The position numbers were made by a program, and so were the translations under genes. Positions 8,065-18,113 of a stretch of DNA of 64,000 bases are shown here, one piece after another (the stretch's first letter is position 1; every line of letters begins with the position of its first letter). This DNA comes from Candidatus Latescibacterota bacterium (lineage in GTDB: Bacteria > Latescibacterota > UBA2968), in contig OZ240241.1 in assembly GCA_965198115.1 (NCBI GenBank), positions 8,128,001-8,192,000 on the forward strand. Reading direction: 5' to 3'. The notes under the pieces were generated by a model. The model was not told where the DNA came from and did no database searches. It was given only the letters and a program-made list of their open reading frames with translations.

Positions 8065-8988
8065 TTGTCGGATGAAGATCAGGATCGGTCCGAGGAAGCC
8101 ACGCAGGCTGCTTCCGACGAGGGTGTGGCCAAATCACCCAACCTGATTTCCCAATTCGTCATCTTCCCCCTTGCCGTCGTCATCGTCGGGGTCTCCATCT
8201 ACCTTTTTTTGGGGATCCTGACCTCCGAAGATCGTAGCGCCCGCGACTACCTGGACACGATCAAACGGGGGGGCATCAACAGCCGCTGGCAGGCCGCCTA
8301 CGAGCTCGTCAAGGTCCTTGCGGCGGAGCGTCGCGAGGGTAGCCTCGATCCCCGGTTTGCCGACGAAATCGTGCGTGTTTTCGAAGATTCCCGCCACGAC
8401 GATCCTCGTGTTCGGCGGTATCTTGCACGGGCGATGGAAATGGTGGACCATCCGAAGGTTGTCGCGGCACTGATTGCCGCGCTCGACGATGCCGACGAGG
8501 AGACCCGACTGTTTGCGATTCATTCCTTGGGATCCTTGGGTGCCGGAGTGGCGATCGACGATCTTCTGCCGTTTGCGAAGAGCCAGGATGCGGGTTTCCG
8601 GAAGGCGACCGTTTACGCCCTCGGGAACATGCGGGACGACAGGGTGGAATCGGTTCTGATGGCGGCCCTGCACGACGCCACACCGGATGTGAGGTGGAAC
8701 GCGGCCCTGCAACTGTCGCGTCGTGGTCGGAATCCGGGCGCGGCGGCTCTGTACGAGATGATGGATCGGCCGTTTTTAACGCGTCTCGTCATGACCGAAG
8801 AGCAGCGTGTGACCCTGATCGTCTACGCCATCCGGGCGACCTCGGCCCTCAGGGAAGAGACCCTACGGGGGCACATCGACACCCTTCGCGAAAGTGACGA
8901 AAGCCTTAAAGTCCGTCAGGCCGCGATCGAGGCTTTGGCGGACTGGGGACGGCCGGAGGTTGGCGCGCCGGTCAGGATCGGAAATTAG
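8065..8988 (+). CDS. Membrane-anchored HEAT/PBS-lyase repeat protein
   Basis: One N-terminal TM helix, then repeats such as DPRVRRYLARAM, DEETRLFAIHSLG and DVRWNAALQL; promoter TTGACT-N17-TATATT at 7996-8024; start could instead be ATG at 8038. Confidence 0.8.
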   Translation: MSDEDQDRSEEATQAASDEGVAKSPNLISQFVIFPLAVVIVGVSIYLFLGILTSEDRSARDYLDTIKRGGINSRWQAAYELVKVLAAERREGSLDPRFADEIVRVFEDSRHDDPRVRRYLARAMEMVDHPKVVAALIAALDDADEETRLFAIHSLGSLGAGVAIDDLLPFAKSQDAGFRKATVYALGNMRDDRVESVLMAALHDATPDVRWNAALQLSRRGRNPGAAALYEMMDRPFLTRLVMTEEQRVTLIVYAIRATSALREETLRGHIDTLRESDESLKVRQAAIEALADWGRPEVGAPVRIGN

Positions 8989-8989
8989 C

Positions 8990-9018
8990 TTGACACGATC
9001 CCGGACGTTCAATATATT
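8990..9018 (+). promoter_or_regulatory. Sigma70-type promoter, likely for the respiratory operon
   Basis: TTGACA-N17-TATATT. Confidence 0.65.
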
Positions 9019-9173
9019 GGCGAGCCAGTGGTATAGAATTGAATCAAGTCCTATGTTTTCAATGACTTCCGACGAATTCGAACCGAGCCCGGGAGGGGTG
9101 GTTCGCCACTTCTCTCCGCAGGTCGAGGCACCCCCGCCTCCACCCCAGGTTCTGCTCTCCGCCCGACCACTAA

Positions 9174-10435
9174 GTGCATGGTTTAATAAATATTATTACG
9201 TATGTCTTGAACATTATTTGTAGCTTATGTTCTCCTTCAAAAGGAGGAGAACAATGCCAAGACGTTCGCCTTATGTGGTGCTACTGTCTGAGAAGGAACG
9301 GGTCGACCTCGAGCGAATGGCTGGACAATATACGTTACCGTATTATCAAGTGATCCGATCGAAAATCGTGCTTCTCGCCGCCGAGGGATTATCCAACAAG
9401 ATTATCGCCCAACGGTTGGATGTCCCGCGTCCGATCGTAAGCAAATGGCGTAAGCGCTTTTTCGAAGAGCGTCTTTCGGGACTCGAAGATAGATCTCGTC
9501 CCGGGCGCCCGCCCGGTTTTCCCCCCTCAGGTGGTCGTTCAGATCAAGGCGCTGGCGTGTGAACTACCGAGCGAGAGCGGGATACCGCTCTCGCGGTTCA
9601 GCTGTTCCGAGATTGCCGCCGAGGCAGTGCAAAGGGGCTTCGTTGCCAAGATCAGCGGCGCCACTGTCTGGCGCTGGTTGAACGAGGACGCGATTCGTCC
9701 TTGGTATCATCGCTCCTGGATTTTCCCACGGGACCCGGACTTCCAAACCAAAGCAGGTAGAGTCCTTGATCTGTATCACCGCCAATGGCAAGGAAAGCCT
9801 TTAGGGCCGAGGGAATATGTACTTTCTGCCGACGAAAAGACCAGTATTCAAGCACGAGCTCGCAAGCACGTTACCCTACCGCCAGCCTCGAACAGAGCGG
9901 CACGCGTTGAAACACGAATACGAGCGGAAAGGAGCCCTGGCCTATCTGGCTGCTCTCGACGTGCACAATGGTCGAATCTTCGGTCTCTGTGAGTCTTCTT
10001 CGGGTATCGAGCCCTTCAACCGGCTCCTGAGCCTGATCATGAGCCGGAAACCCTATTGCTCGGCAAAGAAAGTCTACCTCATCGTGGATAATGGCTCCTC
10101 GCACCGAGGGCAAACATGCATCGACCGTATCCAGGGGAAGTGGCCAAACATCCACCCCGTTCACCTTCCGATCCACGCAAGCTGGCTCAATCAGATCGAG
10201 ATCTACTTCTCGATCCTCAAACGCAAGGCTCTGACACCTATCGAATTTGCATCGCTCGAAGAGCTTGAGGCAAGAATCCTCGGTTTTCAGGAACGCTACG
10301 GACGTATCGCCACACCCTTCAAATGGAAGTTTACACGAACAGATCTCGCGGAGATGATCGACAAACTCAGGTTCTACGATACGCCCTTGGCAAAGTCTGC
10401 TTATAATACGTCACCGTATTTGAGAACAGGAGTAC
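9174..10435 (+). mobile_element. IS630-family insertion sequence; transposase from 9254, split by frameshifts at ~9520 (TTTTCCCCCC) and ~9911
   Basis: HTH followed by DDE motifs (ADEKTSIQA, IVDNGSSH, HASWLNQIEIYF); imperfect terminal inverted repeats; TAA duplicated at 9171-9173 and 10436-10438. Confidence 0.88.
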
Positions 10436-10516
10436 TAAGCCAGATTTCACGCAAGCCAGAAGCCAACCAGATTTCTCCCGTGCGTCCTGGCGTGTCGCAG
10501 ATCCGGAGACAGACGT

Positions 10517-11515
10517 ATGTCTGAAGAAATCGATCTTTCGCAGTTCGATGACATTCCCGATCGCGTGGAACGGGCGAAGGCCAAGGCTGAGGCCATTCGA
10601 AAGATGCGAGAAGGTGACGACAGCGAAGCGCCCGCCCCAGAGCCTGCGCCGGCACAGGAGCCAGCGGCCGAGGCCGAGAGCCCCGAACCCGCTGAAGAAC
10701 CCGCGCCCGTAGCGAGCGCGTCAGAAGGAGGCGAGGGCGAGGTCGACCTGACCGAGTTCGACCATATCACCGATCGCGTCGAACGTGCCAAGGCCAAGGT
10801 GGAAGCGATGCGCAAAGCCGGTGGCGGCGGTGGCGTGGCTGCTTCGGGCGCGGCTCCGGCCAAGAAGGCACCCGCCAAGAAAGCCGCGAGCGCGGCCGAC
10901 AGGGCAGCAGCGGCTCGAGCTCTGACGGAAAAGGGTGACGGCCCGGGACAAGTGATCGTTCAGACGACACCCGCACCCCCCGACATCCGTCCGGGTCCCG
11001 AACGCATCGTTCCGATTGCGTCGGGCGGCATGACGACGCGACGCGGTTTTTTCTCCTGGTTGACGCTTGCGTGGGTGTCATTCGCGGCAGCCTCGACGGC
11101 CGCGCTGGCCGCGACGGGTCGGTTCCTTTTCCCAAACGTCCTGTTCGAGCCGCCACAATCCTTCAAGATCGGGTTTCCCGAAAACTACGATCTGGGTGTT
11201 GACGAACGATGGAAGGATAAGTTTTCGGTTTGGATCGTGAAGGAAACGGAACAGATGTATGCCCTGATTTCGGTCTGTACGCACCTGGGGTGCACTCCAA
11301 ATTGGCTCGCCGGCGATCAAAAGTTCAAATGCCCTTGCCACGGGAGCGGTTTTTTCAGTACGGGCATCAACTTCGAAGGTCCGGCCCCGCGTCCCCTTGA
11401 ACGTGCGCGAATCGTACTGTCCGAAGACGGACAAATCCTGATCGACAAGAACTCGAAGTACCAGTGGGAAAAGGGACAGTGGGAAAATCCTGAGTCCTTC
11501 CTCAAGTTGATCTGA
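10517..11515 (+). CDS. petC: Rieske [2Fe-2S] subunit of a cytochrome bc/b6f-type complex with a long N-terminal extension
   Basis: CTHLGC and CPCHGS boxes; Tat motif TRRGFF plus a TM helix after ~170 aa of extension. Confidence 0.92.
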   Translation: MSEEIDLSQFDDIPDRVERAKAKAEAIRKMREGDDSEAPAPEPAPAQEPAAEAESPEPAEEPAPVASASEGGEGEVDLTEFDHITDRVERAKAKVEAMRKAGGGGGVAASGAAPAKKAPAKKAASAADRAAAARALTEKGDGPGQVIVQTTPAPPDIRPGPERIVPIASGGMTTRRGFFSWLTLAWVSFAAASTAALAATGRFLFPNVLFEPPQSFKIGFPENYDLGVDERWKDKFSVWIVKETEQMYALISVCTHLGCTPNWLAGDQKFKCPCHGSGFFSTGINFEGPAPRPLERARIVLSEDGQILIDKNSKYQWEKGQWENPESFLKLI

Positions 11516-11540
11516 TTCATTCACTCGCTCCGGAGCACAC

Positions 11541-12326
11541 ATGCCGAAGACTTCCGATCTGATGGACCAGGTCAAACGGACCCAGATCTGGCGATCGCTT
11601 TTCAGACACGATATTCCGAGAGACGAACGGGGACGGGCGCAGGTCGTCCTGACGAACGTCTTCCTCCATCTGCACCCTGTGCGAACACCCAAATCGGGTA
11701 TTCGTGTGCGCTATACGTGGTGTATGGGGGGGCTCACGTTTTTCATCTTCATGGTCGAAACGGTGACGGGCATCCTGCTGATGTTCTACTACCGGCCCAC
11801 CCTCGAGTACGCGTATACCGATATCATCGATCTGGGCGAACAGGTTCCGCTGGGCATTATGCGCGAGATCCATCGCTGGGGTGCCCACCTGATGATCATC
11901 ACGGTCTGGCTGCACATGCTTCGAGTGTTTATGACCGGATCCTACAAACCGCCGCGAGAGTTCAATTGGGCGATCGGCGTCATCCTGCTCCTGCTCACGC
12001 TGTTGCTCAGCTTTACGGGTTACTTGCTGCCGTGGGATCAGTTGGCTATCTGGGCGATCACCGTGGGTTCGAACATGGCGAGGGCCACACCGTTCCTGGG
12101 ACACGAGGGCCCGGGTGCCGCTTTCCTGAAGGTTGGCGAAGTGGGCCTGGTTCACGCGGGGGACGATGCCCGGTTCGGGCTGCTCGCGGGACGATTCGTC
12201 GGGGAGGGGGCGCTGCTTCGATTCTACGTGTTGCACTGCCTTGCGATTCCGTTCATCGCGACCATCCTGATGGCCGTTCACTTCTGGCGTGTTCGTAAAG
12301 ATGGGGGCATCTCCGGGCCGATGTAG
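11541..12326 (+). CDS. petB: Cytochrome b N-terminal (b6-like) subunit
   Basis: IHRWGAH..WLHMLRVF, YKPPREFNW, TGYLLPWDQ; WCMGG carries the heme-ci-type Cys. Confidence 0.92.
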   Translation: MPKTSDLMDQVKRTQIWRSLFRHDIPRDERGRAQVVLTNVFLHLHPVRTPKSGIRVRYTWCMGGLTFFIFMVETVTGILLMFYYRPTLEYAYTDIIDLGEQVPLGIMREIHRWGAHLMIITVWLHMLRVFMTGSYKPPREFNWAIGVILLLLTLLLSFTGYLLPWDQLAIWAITVGSNMARATPFLGHEGPGAAFLKVGEVGLVHAGDDARFGLLAGRFVGEGALLRFYVLHCLAIPFIATILMAVHFWRVRKDGGISGPM

Positions 12327-12347
12327 ACCTGGCGATTTTGGAGGGAT

Positions 12348-13424
12348 ATGGAAGCCTTTAAGTCTCTAATCAATTGGTTAGCTGCGCCGGAAAAACTGCT
12401 GGGCATGGCCACGGTCTTCGTGTTGGTGGGTCTTCGAACACGTCAGCTCTGGACAAACATGGCTGGCCTGATCGGGCTGATAGCCTTCACCGTTTTCTTT
12501 ATTTTCAGCTTCCAGGATCCGAACTTCCGAATCATCGTCACGAAGCCTGACAACGTCCCGATCGTCCTGCTGTTTCTATTCGTGGGTTTCTTCATGTGGC
12601 TGAGCATGAAGCAGGCGCACGAGAACGACGAGCGAATCGCGGCTGGTGGGGAGCCGATCGAAAAGACCGAATACGAAGAGAAGGTCCTGACCTGGCCCCA
12701 CCTGGTTTACACCGAGCTCATCTGCCTGACGTTGATGACGGTCGCACTCATCCTCTGGTCGATTCTGATTCACGCCCCGCTCGAAGAACCGGCGAATCCC
12801 GCCAAGACGCCCAACCCGTCCAAAGCGCCGTGGTATTTTCTGGGACTGCAGGAGATGCTCGTCTACTACGATCCGTGGATCGCCGGCGTGGTGCTTCCGA
12901 CGCTCGTGATCGTCGGGCTCATGGCGATACCTTATATCGACCGCAACACGAAGGGTGGGGGCTACTACACCTTCAAAGAGCGCCCTTTTGCCATCACGGT
13001 GTTCCTGTTCGGGTTCGTGGTGTTGTGGGTGGCGCTGATCGTGATCGGGACCTTCCTGCGCGGCCCCAACTGGAACTTCTTCGGGCCCTACGAGTATTGG
13101 GATGCTCACAAGCTCGAAGCACTCGTGAACGTCAATCTGTCGGAGTTCATCTTCGTCAAGTGGATGGGAACGGGGTTGCCTCAGTTCTGGCTATTCAGGG
13201 AGGTCTGGGGGCTCATTCTCGTGGCTCTCTACTTCCTGCTACCACCGCCGATCCTGGCCAGAACGCTTTTCAAAGACTTTTACAAACAGCTCGGGATCGA
13301 ACGCTACAGCCTTCTGGTTCTGTTCTTTCTCTGCATGGTGGCGTTGCCCGTGAAGATGTTGCTTCGGTGGACCTTCAACCTCAAGTACATCGTCGCCATT
13401 CCCGAATACTTCTTCAACATCTAA
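12348..13424 (+). CDS. petD: Cytochrome b C-terminal / subunit IV-like membrane protein
   Basis: APLEEPANPAKTPNPSKAPWYF (PEWY-equivalent), PYIDR, multiple TM helices. Confidence 0.85.
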   Translation: MEAFKSLINWLAAPEKLLGMATVFVLVGLRTRQLWTNMAGLIGLIAFTVFFIFSFQDPNFRIIVTKPDNVPIVLLFLFVGFFMWLSMKQAHENDERIAAGGEPIEKTEYEEKVLTWPHLVYTELICLTLMTVALILWSILIHAPLEEPANPAKTPNPSKAPWYFLGLQEMLVYYDPWIAGVVLPTLVIVGLMAIPYIDRNTKGGGYYTFKERPFAITVFLFGFVVLWVALIVIGTFLRGPNWNFFGPYEYWDAHKLEALVNVNLSEFIFVKWMGTGLPQFWLFREVWGLILVALYFLLPPPILARTLFKDFYKQLGIERYSLLVLFFLCMVALPVKMLLRWTFNLKYIVAIPEYFFNI

Positions 13425-13455
13425 CCTCATCCGCCCGCGTCCTGGAGTCATTTAG

Positions 13456-16400
13456 ATGAACGGTGAGAAGCAAGGCTTTGTCGACTTTGTCTACAACCTC
13501 GACAAGCTGAACATGATCTTTGCACTGTCGAGCGTCGCACTCGCGATCTCGACGGTCTGGATGGTGTGGGCGGACTACGATCGCGAATGGAAGGACGTTC
13601 AGCGTGCGGCGATGGCACTGGAGCAGCACAAGGTCGAATCCGACATCGCCGCCGAAGCAGCTGCGATCGATCAGGATCATCTGGAAGGTATCGAATCGCG
13701 TCTCAAGGAGGTCGAGGCGTCGATCGCGGGCAAGGGCGATGCGCTCACGGTCGTTCAGGACACTCTAGAGATCTTGAGAGGTGAGCATTACATCGCCGAT
13801 CAGAATTTCAAGTTCGAAAAGGCCGAGTACGACGTCGTGAAGTACGAGTACGAGGAGGCCGCCCACCACCACCACGTTGAGGAAGCCGCCGAGAAGAAGG
13901 CGGCGATGGAAGAGATGGAACGGCGGATGGCGGGCTTTCGTCTGGTGCTCGAGGCGGCCGAGGTGCGCCGAGAAGAGCAGCGCGCTAACCTGGCCGAAAT
14001 CGAGAAGGAGAAAATTGCCCTCGAGGCGGAGAAGAACGCGCTGTTTAAGGACACAGGACTTCTGGAGCGACGATTAGCGAACCTCGAACCTTCGTTCCAG
14101 AACCAGTTCCGCAACGCGCCCCTGGTCGACTTCATCGATCCCACCGTCAAAGTCCGACAGATCGTTTTGGGCAACCTGAAGAACGACATCAACTTCATTA
14201 CGGTGCCGAAGGTCGATCGATGCAACAGTTGCCACGTGAACATCGACCGCGAGGGTTTCGAGATCGATTGGGAGACGGCGACGTTCAAGGATGAGGTGCT
14301 GGCCGGCTATGTGGCCGACAACTACGACGAAGATGAACGGATCGGTATGACGAAGGTCCTAGCCTCCCATCCGAATCTGGATCTGTTCATGACGAGCGGG
14401 TCACCCCATCCGATGGAAGGCGTGGGCTGCACGTCGTGCCACCAGGGACGGGATCGAGGCATCACGTTCGTCAACACCGCGCATACGCCGAGCGATGCCG
14501 AGGAGGAAGAGCGATGGCATCGACTCTATGGATGGCACAAGATGCACCACTGGGACTTCCCGATGTACCCGACGCAGTATGTCGAACAGTCGTGCACTAC
14601 GTGTCATCAAGGCGTGGTAGACGTGCCTAAAGCCGTCAACCTGAACCGTGGGATCCACCTTATCAAGACGCTCGGCTGCCACGGGTGCCACAAAATCGAG
14701 GGCTATACCGACCTTCGTAAGGTGGGCCCGGATCTGACCCGTGTCGCGAGCAAGATCAAGCCCGACTGGACACACAAGTGGATTCGCGATCCAAAGGGAT
14801 TCCGTTCGACGACAAAGATGCCCAAGATCTTCGATCTTGAGAACGTGAGCTCGCCCCAAGACCGTGCGCGCAACACCGCCGGGATCGACGCTATTACCAC
14901 CTATCTGTTCGACAAGTCCGAGAAAATAGACTACCCCGAACCCTCGACGAGGGGTGACACCGCCCGAGGCGAAAAGCTGGTCTCTCAAGTGGGCTGCCGG
15001 GCGTGCCACGTGGTCGGCGCGGGCGATGACGCTGGTCAGAACTACGGCCTACGCAACTTCGGTCCGAATCTCAACGATGTGGGCAGCAAGCTCGAAGCCG
15101 GTTGGCTCTTTACCTGGGTCAAAGACCCCACTCAGTACTTCCCCGAAACACTGATGCCCAACCTGCGGTTGACGGACCAGGAGGCAGCCGACATTACGGC
15201 TTACCTCCTGACTCTGCGGAACGTGGACTTCGAGAACCGGCGTCCCGCCGAGGTTGACAAGACGGTACGTGACGACCTGGCGCTCGACTTTCTGAAGGGC
15301 CGGATGCCGGTCAGAGCAGCGGAAGCCGAACTCGCGGGGATGTCTGATCACGATCGGGATGTCTTCCTCGGCGAGCGCATGATTTCGAAGCAGGGCTGCT
15401 ACGGTTGCCACCTTATCGACGGGTTCGAGGGTGTTACGCCCATCGGCACGGAGCTGACACTCGAGGGCAGCAAGGACGTGGCCAAACTCGACTTCGCCCT
15501 GAACCCCACGGAGATCCCTCACACCCGCCACGACTGGTTCTTCACGAAGCTCAAGCAGCCCCGTCTGTTCGATGAAGGCAAGGTCAAGTCGTTCCAGGAC
15601 AAGCTGCGCATGCCGGACTTCGGTCTGAGCGACGAGGATGCGCATTCCCTGACACTTGCCCTCCTGAGCTACAGCAAAAACTTCGTGGAATCGTCGGCAA
15701 TGAGGCACCTGTCGGCAGCAGAGGCGGAGATCGAGCGGGGTCGTAAGCACGTTTATGAACGGAACTGCCGAGGCTGTCACGTCGTTGAAAATGAAGGTGG
15801 TGCCATTCAGGATGTTTTGGCCAGGACGTATGTGACCGAGCTTGTGAGTGCGGCCGAGGCGGTGGGCTTCACGCCGCCGAATCTGAATGGGGAGGGACGG
15901 AAGGTCAAGCCCGAATGGTTGTTCGCCTTCCTTCGGAACGTGTCTCCGATCCGACCGTGGCTGGATGTTCGTATGCCGACGTTCGGGTTCAACGACGAGG
16001 AGTCGGTCGACATCACAACCTACTTCTCACGAGCGGACGAGCAGCCGTTCCCCTATCGAACGTTTGTCGAGATGCAGTTGACGTCTCGTGAGATGCAGGG
16101 AGCTGAGCTCATGTTCACCCCAGACGTCTACAATTGCTGGACGTGCCACCAACAGGGCGACATTCAGCCCAAAGGCGACCCGGCCAGCTGGGCACCCGAT
16201 CTGACGATGGCGCGGGAGCGTCTCAAGGCAGATTGGATTCGAGACTGGCTGATGGACCCGCAGCAGATTCAGCCCGGTACGAAGATGCCGACGTTCTTCG
16301 GTGATGCGCAGACCTATCTGCCCGAAAACATGGCCGCGTATTTGCCACTGCCCGAGGGCGTGGAGCCCGAGTATGGGGTGCTTCAGCTTCCGACCGATAT

Positions 16401-16470
16401 CGTGATCGACGCGCTTACGAACTACGTCGTTCACGGATTGCACCAGAACGTGAGGGTCAGTCAACGCTGA
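13456..16470 (+). CDS. Membrane-anchored octaheme cytochrome c with a long coiled coil
   Basis: Eight CxxCH motifs: CNSCH, CTSCH, CTTCH, CHGCH, CRACH, CYGCH, CRGCH, CWTCH. Confidence 0.9.
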   Translation: MNGEKQGFVDFVYNLDKLNMIFALSSVALAISTVWMVWADYDREWKDVQRAAMALEQHKVESDIAAEAAAIDQDHLEGIESRLKEVEASIAGKGDALTVVQDTLEILRGEHYIADQNFKFEKAEYDVVKYEYEEAAHHHHVEEAAEKKAAMEEMERRMAGFRLVLEAAEVRREEQRANLAEIEKEKIALEAEKNALFKDTGLLERRLANLEPSFQNQFRNAPLVDFIDPTVKVRQIVLGNLKNDINFITVPKVDRCNSCHVNIDREGFEIDWETATFKDEVLAGYVADNYDEDERIGMTKVLASHPNLDLFMTSGSPHPMEGVGCTSCHQGRDRGITFVNTAHTPSDAEEEERWHRLYGWHKMHHWDFPMYPTQYVEQSCTTCHQGVVDVPKAVNLNRGIHLIKTLGCHGCHKIEGYTDLRKVGPDLTRVASKIKPDWTHKWIRDPKGFRSTTKMPKIFDLENVSSPQDRARNTAGIDAITTYLFDKSEKIDYPEPSTRGDTARGEKLVSQVGCRACHVVGAGDDAGQNYGLRNFGPNLNDVGSKLEAGWLFTWVKDPTQYFPETLMPNLRLTDQEAADITAYLLTLRNVDFENRRPAEVDKTVRDDLALDFLKGRMPVRAAEAELAGMSDHDRDVFLGERMISKQGCYGCHLIDGFEGVTPIGTELTLEGSKDVAKLDFALNPTEIPHTRHDWFFTKLKQPRLFDEGKVKSFQDKLRMPDFGLSDEDAHSLTLALLSYSKNFVESSAMRHLSAAEAEIERGRKHVYERNCRGCHVVENEGGAIQDVLARTYVTELVSAAEAVGFTPPNLNGEGRKVKPEWLFAFLRNVSPIRPWLDVRMPTFGFNDEESVDITTYFSRADEQPFPYRTFVEMQLTSREMQGAELMFTPDVYNCWTCHQQGDIQPKGDPASWAPDLTMARERLKADWIRDWLMDPQQIQPGTKMPTFFGDAQTYLPENMAAYLPLPEGVEPEYGVLQLPTDIVIDALTNYVVHGLHQNVRVSQR

Positions 16471-16526
16471 TCTGCAGCGACACACCGACACGGTTCAACC
16501 CGGCGGGGTTGAAAGGAGATAGGAAG

Positions 16527-17255
16527 ATGTTTAAAAATGGGATGAAAGTGATGTGGGTTTTTGTTTTAGGCCTCGTGGTGACGGTCGAAGCGACGGCCGG
16601 CGGCAGTGTGGCGGGCAAGGCGACCTTCACGGATGGGCCCCAGAAGCGTCGCGTGATCAAGATGGCGGCCGATCCGGTCTGCGCATCGAAACACACCGAT
16701 GTCGTCAGGAGCGAAGCCCTGCTCGTCGGGGCCGGCAACGGAATGCAGAACGTGTTCGTTTACGTCAGCAAGGGGCTCGAAGGGAAGTCCTTCCCTGTGC
16801 CCGCCGAAGCGGCCGTACTCGATCAGAAGGGATGTCTCTACGTGCCCCGCGTGATGGGTGTGATGGCAGGACAGAAAATCAAAGTCCTCAACAATGACGG
16901 CACGCTTCACAACGTTCATCCCAAGCCTAAGGTCAACACAGAGTTCAACCTGGCCATGCCCAAGTTTTTGAAGGTCAAGGAAGTCAGCCTCGACCAGCCC
17001 GAGGTGATGATTCCCGTCAAGTGCGATGTTCACCCCTGGATGTCGGGTTCGATCGGTGTCCTTACCCATCCGTTCCACAGTGTGACGGGCGAAGCCGGGT
17101 CCTACAGCCTCGACGACGTACCGGCTGGTAGCTATACCTTGACGGCTTGGCACGAGATATTCGGTACCAAGTCACAGGACGTTACTGTCACAGATGGTGG
17201 GGCAGCCTCGGTAGACTTTTCGTTTTCGCTTGCAGATCTGAAGAGGGGCAAGTAA
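16527..17255 (+). CDS. Exported cupredoxin-like / carboxypeptidase-regulatory-like domain protein
   Basis: Signal peptide; HNVH and CDVHPWM candidate copper-ligand motifs. Confidence 0.75.
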   Translation: MFKNGMKVMWVFVLGLVVTVEATAGGSVAGKATFTDGPQKRRVIKMAADPVCASKHTDVVRSEALLVGAGNGMQNVFVYVSKGLEGKSFPVPAEAAVLDQKGCLYVPRVMGVMAGQKIKVLNNDGTLHNVHPKPKVNTEFNLAMPKFLKVKEVSLDQPEVMIPVKCDVHPWMSGSIGVLTHPFHSVTGEAGSYSLDDVPAGSYTLTAWHEIFGTKSQDVTVTDGGAASVDFSFSLADLKRGK

Positions 17256-17333
17256 ATAGGGATCTACGAGAGGAGTCGCGAAGTCAGGCTCCTCTCTTTT
17301 AGTCTCGCAGAGCTTTCCTAGGGAGGGGCTCGC

Positions 17334-18101
17334 ATGCAAGAAAAGGTCTACGGTTATTGGCTCCCACTCAACGTCTCCGCCCGCGGAGAGGCGATCGACC
17401 AGCTGATCAACGTTACTCACGTTTTCATGCTGGTGCTGTTCGTGGGGTGGGGCATTTTCTTTGTCTATTGCCTGATTCGGTATCGTCAGGGCGCGAATCC
17501 CAACGCGACCTACGATCCGATCAAAGCCAAGCCCTCGAAGTATATAGAGATTTTCATCATTGTCTTCGAGACGGTCCTTCTCGTCGGGCTTTCCATGCCC
17601 GTCTGGTCCCAGTTCAAGTCGGACCTTCCCGCCGAATCCGAGGCCGTCCACATTCGCGTGCTGGGCGAGCAGTTCGCCTGGAACATCCACTACGCCGGGC
17701 AAGACGGTGTCTTTGGGCGAACGGGTCCCCAGTTCATCACGCCCGAGAACCTGCTGGGTCTGGATCCGGACGATCCCAGCGGCAAGGACGATTTCAACTC
17801 CCTCAACAACCTGCACGTGCCCGTCAACAAGCCGATCCTGATCAAGCTGACCACGAAGGACGTGATCCACAGTTTCAAGGTTCCGGTTTTGCGTCTGACC
17901 CAGGACGCCATTCCGGGTCAGGAGATTCCATTCTGGTTCGAGGCGACTCGAACGGGCGATTTCGATATCGCCTGTGCGCAGCTGTGCGGGCTCGGACATT
18001 TTCGCATGCGGGGACGACTGCATATCCAAACACAAGCCGACTACGAAGCCTGGCTTGTAGATCAGGAACCCGAAGAAGATGATGGCGGCTTCGCTTTTTA
18101 A
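17334..18101 (+). CDS. coxB: Cytochrome c oxidase subunit II
   Basis: DVIHSF and CAQLCGLGHFRM CuA motif; two TM helices. Confidence 0.93.
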   Translation: MQEKVYGYWLPLNVSARGEAIDQLINVTHVFMLVLFVGWGIFFVYCLIRYRQGANPNATYDPIKAKPSKYIEIFIIVFETVLLVGLSMPVWSQFKSDLPAESEAVHIRVLGEQFAWNIHYAGQDGVFGRTGPQFITPENLLGLDPDDPSGKDDFNSLNNLHVPVNKPILIKLTTKDVIHSFKVPVLRLTQDAIPGQEIPFWFEATRTGDFDIACAQLCGLGHFRMRGRLHIQTQADYEAWLVDQEPEEDDGGFAF

Positions 18102-18113
18102 GGAGAACTTCTG

